Positions 1 to 8,528 of a stretch of 64,000 bases of DNA are shown piece by piece. Under the pieces are notes generated by a model. The model was not told the origin of the DNA. It did not search any database and saw only the letters and a program-made list of their open reading frames with translations. Every line of letters begins with the position of its first letter. The stretch's first letter is position 1. The stretch comes from Egibacteraceae bacterium (GTDB taxonomy: Bacteria; Actinomycetota; Nitriliruptoria; Euzebyales; Egibacteraceae): NCBI GenBank assembly GCA_046498405.1, contig JAWOAS010000138.1:13888-77887 (forward strand), in the 5' to 3' direction. Both the position numbers and the translations under genes were made by a program.

Positions 1-1001
1 GCCCCACGGCGATGCAGGAGCTCATCGAGCCGATGATCACCGGGGATCCCTACCCGGTCGAGGCGCTCATCTGCTACGGGGTCAACCTCCTGCACTCGGT
101 GCCGAACCCCGAGCGGACGAAGGAGGCCCTCGCCGAGCTCGACCTCGTCGTGGCCGTCGACGTCCTGCCGCAGGAGCACATCGCCTGGGCCGACATCGTC
201 CTTCCCGAGGCGACCTACCTCGAGCGCTACGACGACCTCTACACGATGTCGCACCGTAAGCCCTACATCGCCCTGCGGGAGCCGGCCGCCGAGCCGCTGC
301 ACGACACGAAGCCGGGCTGGTGGATCGCCAAGGAGCTCGGCGAGCGCATCGGCCTCGAGGCCTTCTTCAGCTGGGAGGACATCGAGGAGTACCTCGACGA
401 CCGCCTGCGCTCCCTCGGGTCGAACATCAACGACCTGCGCGCGCAAGGCGGCGTCATCGTCCAGGACGGCAAGCCGTTCCTCGAGGACTACGAGGACGGC
501 AGCCCGTTCCCCACGGCCTCGGGCAAGATCGAGCTCTACTCGACCTTCCTCGAGGCCCAGGGCCTCGACCCCCTGCCGGAGTACGAACCGGTCGAGGAGC
601 CTCCCGAGGGCCACTTCCGGCTCCTCTACGGCCGCCATCCCGCCCACACCTTCGGCAAGACCCAGAACACCCCCGCGCTCTTCGAGCGCTTCCCCGAGAA
701 CGAGCTCTGGCTCAACGCCGACGCCGCCTCCGAGCTCGGGATCGCCGACGGGGACTACGTCACGCTCACCAACCAGGACGGCGCCAGCGACGGGCCGATC
801 AAGGTCAAGGCCACCCAGCGGATCCGCCGCGACGCGGTCTTCATGGCCCACGGCCACGGCCACGCCTCCCGGGGGCTGACCAACGCCAATGGCAAGGGCG
901 CGAGCGACACCAAGCTCATGACCCGCTACAACCTCGATCCCGTGTGCGGCGGCGCAGGCATGCGCGTGAACTTCGTCCGCCTCGAGAGCTCGGAGGCCTG
1001 A
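1..1001 (+). CDS. Molybdopterin (bis-MGD) oxidoreductase catalytic subunit, C-terminal part (PsrA/PhsA/FdnG-like); 5' end lies outside the window
   Basis: Frame is open from the window edge (codons at 3..11 precede the first ATG at 12, no stop). The translation (HTFGKTQNTP, FMAHGHGH, LDPVCGGAGMRVNFVRL) resembles the C-terminal molybdopterin-dinucleotide-binding region of DMSO-reductase-family enzymes. The FeS subunit gene starts 1 nt after the stop. Confidence 0.85.
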   Translation, partial: PTAMQELIEPMITGDPYPVEALICYGVNLLHSVPNPERTKEALAELDLVVAVDVLPQEHIAWADIVLPEATYLERYDDLYTMSHRKPYIALREPAAEPLHDTKPGWWIAKELGERIGLEAFFSWEDIEEYLDDRLRSLGSNINDLRAQGGVIVQDGKPFLEDYEDGSPFPTASGKIELYSTFLEAQGLDPLPEYEPVEEPPEGHFRLLYGRHPAHTFGKTQNTPALFERFPENELWLNADAASELGIADGDYVTLTNQDGASDGPIKVKATQRIRRDAVFMAHGHGHASRGLTNANGKGASDTKLMTRYNLDPVCGGAGMRVNFVRLESSEA

Positions 1002-1002
1002 G

Positions 1003-1809
1003 ATGGGCTCGACCTTCCTCCTCGACCTCACCCAGTGCATCGGCTGCGAAGGCTGCGTCGTCGCCTGCAACACCGGTAACGAGCTGCCCGACGGCGTGCA
1101 GTACATCCGCATCAGCGAGCGGGTGGAGGGGACGTTCCCGAACCTCTCCGGAGGCTTCGACAACCACCGCTGCTACCACTGCTCCGACGCCGCGTGCGTC
1201 AACGTCTGCCCGACCGGCGCCCTCTTCAAGGAGGACGACCTCACCCGCGTCGACAGCAGCCTGTGCAGCGGCTGCCAGTACTGCGTGCGCGCCTGCCCCT
1301 ACGAGGTGCCGGTCATGGCCAACGGGGTGGCGACGAAGTGCGACGGCTGCCGTGACGTCACGAAGGCCGGCGGCACCCCCTGGTGCGTGCAGACCTGCCC
1401 CAGCGACGCGCTGCGCTTCGGGCCGCGCGACGAGATCGCCGCCGAGGCGCACCGCCGCGCCTCGCTGATGAAGGACAAGTACCCCAACGCCCAGGTCTAC
1501 GGCGAGAGCCAGACCGGTGGGCTCGGCATGCTCGTCGTCGCCCCCAGCGACCCCGAGTCGCTCGACCTGCCCCGCGACCCCGAGATCCCGTTCATCGCCA
1601 CCGCCTGGCAGGACATCGTCAAGCCCGGCGGGTTCGCGATCACCGGCTTCTCCATCGTCGCCGCGGGCGTCGCGGGGGTCATCGCGCGACGCAACCACAT
1701 GCAGGAGATGCGCCGGCTCGAGGAGCAGGGCGCGGGCACGACCGCCGCCGGCACGGGCGGCGACGGCACGACCGACGCCGGCGACGACCACGGTGAGGTG
1801 AACCGATGA
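1003..1809 (+). CDS. 4Fe-4S ferredoxin-type electron-transfer subunit (DmsB/FdnH/PhsB-like) with a C-terminal membrane anchor
   Basis: Cys clusters CIGCEGCVVAC, CYHCSDAACVNVCP, CSGCQYCVRACP and CDGC..C fit a multi-[4Fe-4S] pattern. The C-terminal hydrophobic stretch FAITGFSIVAAGVAGVIA suggests a tail anchor as in FdnH. Confidence 0.9.
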   Translation: MGSTFLLDLTQCIGCEGCVVACNTGNELPDGVQYIRISERVEGTFPNLSGGFDNHRCYHCSDAACVNVCPTGALFKEDDLTRVDSSLCSGCQYCVRACPYEVPVMANGVATKCDGCRDVTKAGGTPWCVQTCPSDALRFGPRDEIAAEAHRRASLMKDKYPNAQVYGESQTGGLGMLVVAPSDPESLDLPRDPEIPFIATAWQDIVKPGGFAITGFSIVAAGVAGVIARRNHMQEMRRLEEQGAGTTAAGTGGDGTTDAGDDHGEVNR

Positions 1810-2534
1810 GCGAGACCACCGCGACCCCGGTCGCCGAGGGCCCCGAGACCCCAGACGGCGACGAGCAGATCCTGCGCTACCGCCCAGGCCAGCGCTACGT
1901 CCACCTCCTCGTCGCGACGTCGTTCACCGTGCTCTTCCTCAGCGGCCTGCCGCTGATCTTCGACCCGCTGTCGTTCCTCGCGGCCGGCGGCTACTCGCGC
2001 ATCGTCCACCGGGTCGCCGCCGTGGCCTTCATGGCCGTGCCGTTCCTCTACTTCATCGTCGACCGCGAGGGGGCCAAGGAGCTCATCCGGGACTCCTTCA
2101 CCTTCGACCGGGACAACCTCCGCTGGCTCATGCAGATGGGGCAGTACGCCCTCGGCAACGCCGCGGACATGCCGCCCCAAGGGCGCCTCAACGCCGGGCA
2201 GAAGCTCCACCACGCCCTCGTGATGATCCTGTCCGCCGGCGTGGTCTTCTCCGGCCTGCTCCTGTGGATCGGGCCGTTCCCGATCGACGACTCCCTGCAG
2301 GCGTGGACCGTGGTCGTCCACAACGTGACGATGGGCTCGCTCGTGCTGCTGCTCGTCGGCCACGTCTACTTCACCGTCGTCTACAAGGCGATCAACAACA
2401 TGCACACCGGCTACATGCCGAAGAGGAAGGCCAAGATCGAGCACAGGAAGTGGGTGGCCGAGCTCGAGGGCCAGGACGCCTCGCACGCCACCACCAGCAC
2501 CACCGACTCGGGCGCCGAGACGCACGAGACCTGA
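1806..2534 (+). CDS. Cytochrome b-type membrane subunit (FdnI/PhsC-like)
   Basis: ATGA start/stop overlap with the FdnH-like gene. Several hydrophobic helices carry spaced His residues (VHLLV, IVHRV, LHHAL, VVHNV, VGHVYF), as in dihaem cytochrome b subunits. Confidence 0.75.
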   Translation: MSETTATPVAEGPETPDGDEQILRYRPGQRYVHLLVATSFTVLFLSGLPLIFDPLSFLAAGGYSRIVHRVAAVAFMAVPFLYFIVDREGAKELIRDSFTFDRDNLRWLMQMGQYALGNAADMPPQGRLNAGQKLHHALVMILSAGVVFSGLLLWIGPFPIDDSLQAWTVVVHNVTMGSLVLLLVGHVYFTVVYKAINNMHTGYMPKRKAKIEHRKWVAELEGQDASHATTSTTDSGAETHET

Positions 2535-2590
2535 CCCGCACCAGAGCCGAACACGCCGCTGTCGCGGCACGAGCACAAAGGGGCACCACC

Positions 2591-3580
2591 ATGCACAGAC
2601 TCAGCCTGCGGTCGCTGCTCGCGGCCCTCATCGTCCTGCTCATGGTCCTCGCGGCCTGCGCCGAGGACGACGCCGATGACGCCGCCGAGGAGGAGGACGG
2701 CGACGAGGACCTCGCGCTCGACCTCGACGACGAGCCCGACGAGGACGCCGCCGAGGAGGACGAGGACGGCGAGGCCGACGACGAGGAGGCCGAGGACGAC
2801 GAGGCCGCCGAGGAGGACTTCGACGTCGTCGCCGCCGTCGACGAGTACGCAAGCACGCTGCCCGACGGGTGGGGCTTCGAGACCGACATCGACGCGTTCA
2901 AGGACGCCGCCGAGGTCGAGGGCACGGTCATCATCGACGTGCGCTCCGACGAGGAGGTCGACGAGACCGGGGTCATCCCCGGCGCGGCGCACATCCCGAT
3001 CCGTGAGCTCGCGGCGAACCTCAACGTCATCCCGACCGACCAGCCCGTCTGGGTCTACTGCGCGAGCGGGTGGCGTGCGGGCATGGCGCACGCCTCACTC
3101 GGGCTCATCGGCTACGACAACGTCCGGCCCTTCATGCCCGGCTCCAACGGCTGGGAGGCCGCCGGTGAGGAGTTCACCGACGAGCAGGCCGAGCTCGAGG
3201 ACGTCGGCGACCCCGACTTCCAGCCCGAGATGATCGACGCCGTCGACGGGTTCCTCTCGACGATGCCCGAGGGCTACCTCACGAACTCCCTCGACGAGGT
3301 CAAGGAGGCCAGGGACGCCGGCGCGACGATCATCGACGTGCGCCAGCCCGAGGAGTACGAGGAGGGCCGTATCGAGGACGCGGTGTCGATCCCGCTGCGC
3401 GAGGTCGCCGCGAGCGTCGACGAGGTCCCCGAGGACACCGACGTCATCGTGATGTGCCAGGTCGGCGGCCGCGCGTCGATGGGGCTGACGATGCTCCGCG
3501 TCATGGGCTACGACAACGCCGAGGGCTTCCCCGGCAGCTTCGAGGCCTGGGTCGAGGCCGGCGAGGCCGTCGTCGAGTAG
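2591..3580 (+). CDS. Lipoprotein with two rhodanese (sulfurtransferase) domains and an acidic linker
   Basis: ATG at 2591 follows AAAGGGG. Signal peptide with lipobox LAAC, a long D/E-rich linker, and two rhodanese active-site loops (CASGWRAG and CQVGGRAS). Confidence 0.85.
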   Translation: MHRLSLRSLLAALIVLLMVLAACAEDDADDAAEEEDGDEDLALDLDDEPDEDAAEEDEDGEADDEEAEDDEAAEEDFDVVAAVDEYASTLPDGWGFETDIDAFKDAAEVEGTVIIDVRSDEEVDETGVIPGAAHIPIRELAANLNVIPTDQPVWVYCASGWRAGMAHASLGLIGYDNVRPFMPGSNGWEAAGEEFTDEQAELEDVGDPDFQPEMIDAVDGFLSTMPEGYLTNSLDEVKEARDAGATIIDVRQPEEYEEGRIEDAVSIPLREVAASVDEVPEDTDVIVMCQVGGRASMGLTMLRVMGYDNAEGFPGSFEAWVEAGEAVVE

Positions 3581-3605
3581 CCCCACCTCGACGTCGCGAT
3601 GCTCC

Positions 3606-3635
3606 GAAGGGGGCGGGCTCGGGCCCGCCCCCTTC
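3606..3635. terminator. Perfect 13-bp stem / 4-nt loop hairpin between convergent genes (candidate bidirectional intrinsic terminator, no U-tract)
   Basis: GAAGGGGGCGGGC-TCGG-GCCCGCCCCCTTC read directly. It lies between the rhodanese stop (3580) and the thioredoxin-fold gene stop (3651). Confidence 0.6.
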
Positions 3636-3650
3636 GTCGTGCTCGCGGGC

Positions 3651-4187
3651 TCAGCGCTTGACCGCGCCACCGCCTCCCGCACGGGAGACCGCGACGATGG
3701 CGAGCACGACCCCGAGCGCGCCGATCGTCGAGAGGATCACCGTCGACCACGGCCAGCCCTCGTCGTCGGCGGTCTCCGAGGCTGCGACCTCGTCGGCGGC
3801 GGACGGGCCCGCGGTCTCGGCGAGCTCGTCCTCGATGTCGTCGGCGATCTGCTCGGTGAAGCCGACCCAGACCTCGTCGCCGACGACGAAGGTCGGCACC
3901 CCCGAGGCCTCCTCGCCCCGCTCGGCGAGGGTCTCGACGAAGCGCTCCTGGTTGGCCTCGTCGTACCAGACCTCGTACCGCGCGACCTCGACCTCCGGGT
4001 TGGCGTCCTCGAGCGCATCGAGCCACTGCGCGGCGTCCTCGCAGACCGGGCAGCCGTCGCCCCAGTAGTACTCGAGGTCGGCGTCCTGCTGGGCGCCCGC
4101 CGGCCGCGGCGCGATGAGCAGCGCCGCGAGCAGGAGGGCGCCCAGCGCGACGGCCGAGGCGGGCCCGGCGAGTCGGACGGTGCGCAT
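3651..4187 (-). CDS. Exported, C-terminally membrane-anchored thioredoxin/glutaredoxin-fold protein (CPVC)
   Basis: ATG at 4187 is preceded by GGAAGGA. N-terminal signal-like segment ([15 protein letters not shown]), CPVC redox motif, C-terminal TM helix (VILSTIGALGVVLAIVAV). The upstream part of the listed ORF is Arg/Ala-rich and looks non-coding. Confidence 0.7.
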   Translation of the reverse strand: MRTVRLAGPASAVALGALLLAALLIAPRPAGAQQDADLEYYWGDGCPVCEDAAQWLDALEDANPEVEVARYEVWYDEANQERFVETLAERGEEASGVPTFVVGDEVWVGFTEQIADDIEDELAETAGPSAADEVAASETADDEGWPWSTVILSTIGALGVVLAIVAVSRAGGGGAVKR

Positions 4188-4379
4188 CGCGGTTCCTTCC
4201 ACGCGGCCGGCGCCGCCTGCGCAGCGGCATGCCGGCGCCCTGGTCGACGGATCGTGCGGAGCCTCCGCGACAAGCCTGCCACACGACCCCAGCGGCCCCG
4301 GGACCTTCGCCCCAGCGTCCTGCGCCATCCAGACCTCATCGACGCGCGGTGGTTGACGTCGCGGGGAGCGCCACTACAG

Positions 4380-4425
4380 TTCAATGCACGTTGATTCAAC
4401 AAGGCTTGCATCAACGTCCATTGAA
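4380..4425. promoter_or_regulatory. 16-bp imperfect inverted repeat, candidate ArsR operator
   Basis: TTCAATGCACGTTGAT (4380-4395) and ATCAACGTCCATTGAA (4410-4425) are reverse complements with one mismatch. The segment is unusually AT-rich, sits 41 nt upstream of the arsR ATG, and lies in the divergent intergenic region. Confidence 0.5.
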
Positions 4426-4466
4426 CGGCCGGTGCCCCACCCGGCCCCACCGTAGGAGGCGCACCC

Positions 4467-4754
4467 ATGGACGAGCTCGCCCGCCGCGCCGAGCTCTTCA
4501 AGGCCCTCGGCGACCCGCTGCGACTGTCGATCCTCGATCGTCTCGCCGCTGGGCCCCGCTGCGTTTGCGACCTCCGCGAGGAGCTCAGCATCGCCGGCAA
4601 CCTCCTGTCGCACCACCTCAAGGTGCTGCGCGAGGCCGGCCTCGTCCGCTCCGAGCGCCAGGGGCGCTGGGTCACCTACGCCGTGGAGGCCGACGCGCTC
4701 GAGGCCGCCCGCCAGGCCCTGCCGGGCCAGCCCCTCGCGCTCGTCGAGGCCTGA
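4467..4754 (+). CDS. arsR: ArsR/SmtB-family metalloregulator
   Basis: GGAGG lies upstream of the ATG. Winged-helix signature LGDPLRLSILDRL, the CVC motif (RCVCDL) typical of As(III)-sensing ArsR, and LSHHLKVLREAGLV. Confidence 0.85.
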   Translation: MDELARRAELFKALGDPLRLSILDRLAAGPRCVCDLREELSIAGNLLSHHLKVLREAGLVRSERQGRWVTYAVEADALEAARQALPGQPLALVEA

Positions 4755-4801
4755 GCGCACCCGGACCGCCCGCCCGCACCCCCCGTCAGACCGAGGTCCC
4801 C

Positions 4802-5932
4802 GTGAGCGACCGCCACGACACGACGACCGAGACCACGACCCCCGAGGAGGCCCCGACCGACGGGCACGGCGAGCCGACCGCGACGGCCGCCCACGACGCC
4901 ACCGGCGGACAGGCCTCCCGACGACGCAGCCTCGCGCTGCTCGCCGGCGGCGCGGCGCTGTGGGCCCTGCTCTACGTGGCCAACGAGCCGGTGTGGGACG
5001 CCGTCGTCGGCGACCTCGTCGGCCTCGACCTCGAGAGCCGGCTCGGCCACGCCGTGCACTTCTTCCTCTACGACGTCGTCAAGATCATGCTGCTCGTCGG
5101 CGGGCTCATCTACGTCATCGGCCTGCTGCGCAGCCACCTCTCCCCCGAGCGGGTCCGCGCGGCACTGGCGGGACGGCGGGCGATCACCGGCTACCTCGTC
5201 GCCGCGGCCTTCGGCGCGGTCACGCCCTTCTGCTCGTGCTCCTCGGTGCCGCTGTTCATCGGCTTCGTCGCCGCCGGCGTGCCGATCGGCGTGACGCTGA
5301 CGTTCCTCATCACGAGCCCGCTCATCAACCAGGTCGGCGTCGTCATGCTCCTCGGGATGTTCGGCTGGGAGGTCCCGGCCCTCTACGTCGCCACGGGCAT
5401 GACGATGGCCGTGGCCGCCGGCCTCCTGCTGTCGCGCCTGAACCTCGATCAGTGGGTGGAGCCGTTCGTCTTCGACACCCCCGTCGGGCAGATCAGCGCC
5501 GCCGACGAGCGGCCCTCCCTCGCCGACCGCATGGAGGCGGCCAAGACCGAGACGATCGACATCGTCAAGACGATCTGGCCCTACGTCCTCGTCGGCATCG
5601 GCCTCGGCGCGGCGATCCACGGCTGGATGCCCGAGGACGTCCTCGCCACCTACGCCGGCCCCGACAACCCCTTCGCCGTACCGGTCGCCGCGGTCGCCGG
5701 CATCCCGCTCTACGCCAACGTCGCCAGCGTCGTCCCCCTCGTCGAGGCCCTCTGGGCCAAGGGCATGGGCCTCGGCACGCTCATGGCCTTCATGATGAGC
5801 GTCGTCGCGCTGTCGCTGCCCTCGCTCATCCTCCTCAAGCGCGTGCTCAAGACCCCGCTCATCGTGATCTTCACCGCCGTGGTGACCGTCGGCATCCTCG
5901 GCATCGGCTACCTCTTCAACCTCGTCGCCTGA
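4802..5932 (+). CDS. Permease of the ArsP/DUF318 family
   Basis: Multi-TM protein with the vicinal Cys motif TPFCSCSSVPLF characteristic of this permease family. The start is uncertain; I chose the GTG at 4802 because the upstream part of the 567-aa ORF is Arg/Pro-rich. Confidence 0.8.
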   Translation: MSDRHDTTTETTTPEEAPTDGHGEPTATAAHDATGGQASRRRSLALLAGGAALWALLYVANEPVWDAVVGDLVGLDLESRLGHAVHFFLYDVVKIMLLVGGLIYVIGLLRSHLSPERVRAALAGRRAITGYLVAAAFGAVTPFCSCSSVPLFIGFVAAGVPIGVTLTFLITSPLINQVGVVMLLGMFGWEVPALYVATGMTMAVAAGLLLSRLNLDQWVEPFVFDTPVGQISAADERPSLADRMEAAKTETIDIVKTIWPYVLVGIGLGAAIHGWMPEDVLATYAGPDNPFAVPVAAVAGIPLYANVASVVPLVEALWAKGMGLGTLMAFMMSVVALSLPSLILLKRVLKTPLIVIFTAVVTVGILGIGYLFNLVA

Positions 5933-5981
5933 CCCCACCCCTCCACCCCGCCCGCACGACCCGACCGCAAAGGAACGCGAG

Positions 5982-6218
5982 ATGATGGATATCAAGGTGC
6001 TCGGCCCCGGCTGCGCGAACTGCGTCAAGCTCGAGGAGCAGACCCGCAAGGCCCTCGACGACCTCGGCACCGAGGCCTCGATCGAGAAGGTCACCGACAT
6101 GGCCGAGATCATGAGCTACGGGATCATGTCGACCCCGGGGCTCGTCGTCGACGGCGAGGTCGTCGTGGCCGGCAAGGTCCCCTCGGCCAAGGCGATCGGC
6201 AAGCTCCTCAGCGCCTAG
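5982..6218 (+). CDS. Small thioredoxin-family protein (redox-active disulfide protein 2 type)
   Basis: 78 aa. IKVLGPGCANCVKLE carries a CxxC, and the C-terminal STPGLVVDGEVV is typical of the mini-thioredoxins encoded next to these permeases. Confidence 0.85.
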   Translation: MMDIKVLGPGCANCVKLEEQTRKALDDLGTEASIEKVTDMAEIMSYGIMSTPGLVVDGEVVVAGKVPSAKAIGKLLSA

Positions 6219-6264
6219 GCTCCGCCGCGCCTGAGCCGTCGAGGGCGGCGCCCGGCGCCACGCG

Positions 6265-6657
6265 TCAGGCGCCGCCCTCGTCGCGCCCCTCGTCCCCGTC
6301 GTCCCCGTCGTGCTCGAGCGGCGAGCGCAGCCACGCGAGCATCTGCCGCAGCGCGTCGTAGGCCTCGAGGCGCGCGGCGTCGGTGCCGGCGGCCTCGGCC
6401 GCGGCGACGTGGCGCCACAGGCGCTCGACGGTTGGCGGACCGAGGGCGAGCAGCGCCTCGGAGCCCTCCGAGGCCCAGCGCACGAGCACGTAGCGCACGA
6501 GCGCGCCGAGGGGGATGCCCGTGGCCTCCGCGAGGTTGCGCAGCGCCGGCAACGGGTCGACGCGGGTGAGCTCGGCGACCTCGGCCTTGAGGTTCGCGTC
6601 GGGGTCATCGGCCGGCCACGAGCCGATGTAGCGCTCAAGGCGGACGTCGTCGCTCAC
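6265..6657 (-). CDS. Hypothetical 130-aa protein with an acidic C-terminal tail
   Basis: The GTG at 6657 overlaps the arcA stop (GTGA). The sequence from VSDDVRLERY onward is non-repetitive, whereas the rest of the listed 376-aa ORF is antisense to arcA. I recognise no motif. Confidence 0.6.
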   Translation of the reverse strand: MSDDVRLERYIGSWPADDPDANLKAEVAELTRVDPLPALRNLAEATGIPLGALVRYVLVRWASEGSEALLALGPPTVERLWRHVAAAEAAGTDAARLEAYDALRQMLAWLRSPLEHDGDDGDEGRDEGGA

Positions 6658-7889
6658 GACCTCGCCACCGGGTCGCGCAGGACCGGGCAGGACATGCAGC
6701 GCGGGCCCCCACGCCCCCGGGGCAGCTCCGAGCCGGGCACGGCGAGGACCTCGACGCCGGCCTCGGCCAGGCGTCGGTTCGTGTCGACGTTGCGCTCGTA
6801 GGCCACGACGACGCCGGGACGCACCGCGAGGGTGTTGTTGCCGTCGTCCCACTGCTCGCGGTCGGCGGCGACCTCGTCCTCGCCGGTGGTGATGACCCGC
6901 AGCCGCTCGACGCCGAGCCCGTCGGCGAGCGCGGCGGTGAGGTCGGGCTCGGCGCGCACGGCCATGCGCCGCCCGCCCGGCTCGAGGCGGTGCACCGTCG
7001 CGGCCTGCGCGAGGCGGGGCCAGAGCACGACGGCGTCGCGGTCGACGACGGTGATGACGGTGTCGAGGTGCATCGTGCCCCGGGCCTTCGGCAGGTCGAT
7101 GGCCAGGACGGCATCGACGGCCTCGGCGGCGAAGAGCCGCGCGGCGAGGTTCTCCACGGCCACGGCGTGGGTGCGCTCGCTGACCCCCACGGCGACGCAG
7201 CGCTCGCTGAGCACGAGGACGTCGCCGCCCTCGATCGTCGCCGGCTCGTAGCTGCGGTCCTGCCCGCCGTACCACACCGTCTCGGCGAGCCCGGCGAAGT
7301 CGGGATGGTAGCGGTAGAGCGTCCGCCAGAGGTGGCGCTCGGCGCGACGGGCGACCCGGTGCATCGGGCTCTGGACCACACCCGAGCCCACCCACGCCGA
7401 GGGGTCGCGGGTGAACACCGCGTTGGGCAGCGGGGGCACGAGGAAGGCCGTGGGTCCGAGCACGCCGCCGGCGAAGCCGTCGGACGCCCCGGGCACCTCG
7501 CCGACGGTGACCCCGCCGAGGAGGTGGCGGGCGAGCTCGTCGTCGTCGAGGGCGTCGAGGTGGGCGCGCACCCCCTCGACGAGCTCGGCGCCGCAGGCAT
7601 CGACGGTGGCCACGCCGGCGATCGCCTCGGCGCGCGCCTCGGGTCGCCGCACGGTCTCGACGAGGAGGTCGGCGAGGTGGCGGACGCGCACCCCCTCACC
7701 GGCGAGGGTCTCGACGAAGGCGTCGTGCTCCTCCTGGGCCTTGCCGACCCAGACGAGCTCGTCGAAGAGCAACTCGTCCTTGTTCGCCGGCGTCAAGCGC
7801 CGCAGCTCGAGGTCGGGGCGGTGCACGACGACCTCGCGCAGGCGCCCGACCTCGCTGGTCACCGACGGGATGCGTCGACTCACGTCCAT
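6654..7889 (-). CDS. arcA: Arginine deiminase
   Basis: 411 aa. N-terminal SEVGRLREVVVHRP and C-terminal catalytic-Cys region GRGGPRCMSCP. Confidence 0.9.
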   Translation of the reverse strand: MDVSRRIPSVTSEVGRLREVVVHRPDLELRRLTPANKDELLFDELVWVGKAQEEHDAFVETLAGEGVRVRHLADLLVETVRRPEARAEAIAGVATVDACGAELVEGVRAHLDALDDDELARHLLGGVTVGEVPGASDGFAGGVLGPTAFLVPPLPNAVFTRDPSAWVGSGVVQSPMHRVARRAERHLWRTLYRYHPDFAGLAETVWYGGQDRSYEPATIEGGDVLVLSERCVAVGVSERTHAVAVENLAARLFAAEAVDAVLAIDLPKARGTMHLDTVITVVDRDAVVLWPRLAQAATVHRLEPGGRRMAVRAEPDLTAALADGLGVERLRVITTGEDEVAADREQWDDGNNTLAVRPGVVVAYERNVDTNRRLAEAGVEVLAVPGSELPRGRGGPRCMSCPVLRDPVARS

Positions 7890-7999
7890 GGGCCGAGAGC
7901 CTAGCGACCGCCCGACGCGGCGACGCTGCCCGCGCCGGCCCCGCCCCCTAGACTCGACCTCGCTCGTCGGCAGCGTCGACGGGGGAAAGGTGGCGCGTC

Positions 8000-8497
8000 G
8001 TGCTCGGCTTCCTCATCATCGGCGCGATCGGCCTCGCCCTGCTCATCGTCACGCTCGTCTTCGGCGAGGTCCTCGACGTCTTCGACCTCGACGTCGCCGG
8101 CGGCCTGCTCTCCGGGCCGGTCATCGCCTCCTTCCTCGCGGCGTTCGGCTTCGGCGGGGCGCTGACGATGCAGGCCACCGACGTCGGGGTGACCGGCGGC
8201 GCGCTCGCGGGCCTGGCCAGCGGCGCCATCGTCGGCGGCATCGCCGGGGGGCTGACGCGCTCGCTCATGCGCATGCCCACCGACGAGTCGGTACGCACCA
8301 GCGACCTCGTCGGCGCCACCGCCGTCGTCGTCACGCCGATCCCCGAGGGCGGCTTCGGCGAGGTCAACGTCAGCCATCTCGGCCAGACGATGAAGTACAA
8401 CGCCCGCGCCAGTGAGCCCGTCGCCGTGGGCACCCCCGTCGAGGTCACCGCCGTGCTGTCCTCCTCGGCGCTCATGGTCGCCCCCGCCGAGCGCTGA
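8000..8497 (+). CDS. NfeD-family membrane protein
   Basis: GTG start after GGGGGAAAGG. N-terminal TM helices and a C-terminal soluble beta-domain (GEVNVSHLGQTMKYNA..VEVTAV). Sits immediately upstream of a flotillin gene, the usual NfeD-SPFH pairing. Confidence 0.75.
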   Translation: MLGFLIIGAIGLALLIVTLVFGEVLDVFDLDVAGGLLSGPVIASFLAAFGFGGALTMQATDVGVTGGALAGLASGAIVGGIAGGLTRSLMRMPTDESVRTSDLVGATAVVVTPIPEGGFGEVNVSHLGQTMKYNARASEPVAVGTPVEVTAVLSSSALMVAPAER

Positions 8498-8528
8498 TGC
8501 CCACCCCCTGCGCCCACCGGAGCCACTG

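Noticed and set aside
1-2534. Reading the Mo-enzyme as respiratory arsenate reductase (ArrAB) because an ArsR/ArsP-like operon is 2 kb away
   Set aside because: The tail-anchored FeS plus cytochrome b architecture and the adjacent rhodanese lipoprotein point to Fdn/Phs-type enzymes. No ars detoxification genes (arsB/acr3/arsC) are present. It cannot be decided without the N-terminal part of the alpha subunit.
6241-6279. 12-bp stem hairpin (GAGGGCGGCGCC..GGCGCCGCCCTC) as a terminator between the mini-thioredoxin gene and the convergent hypothetical gene
   Set aside because: The stem is real in the sequence, but the loop is 15 nt and the 3' arm lies inside the last codons of the minus-strand ORF. 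That is too ambiguous to list as a feature.
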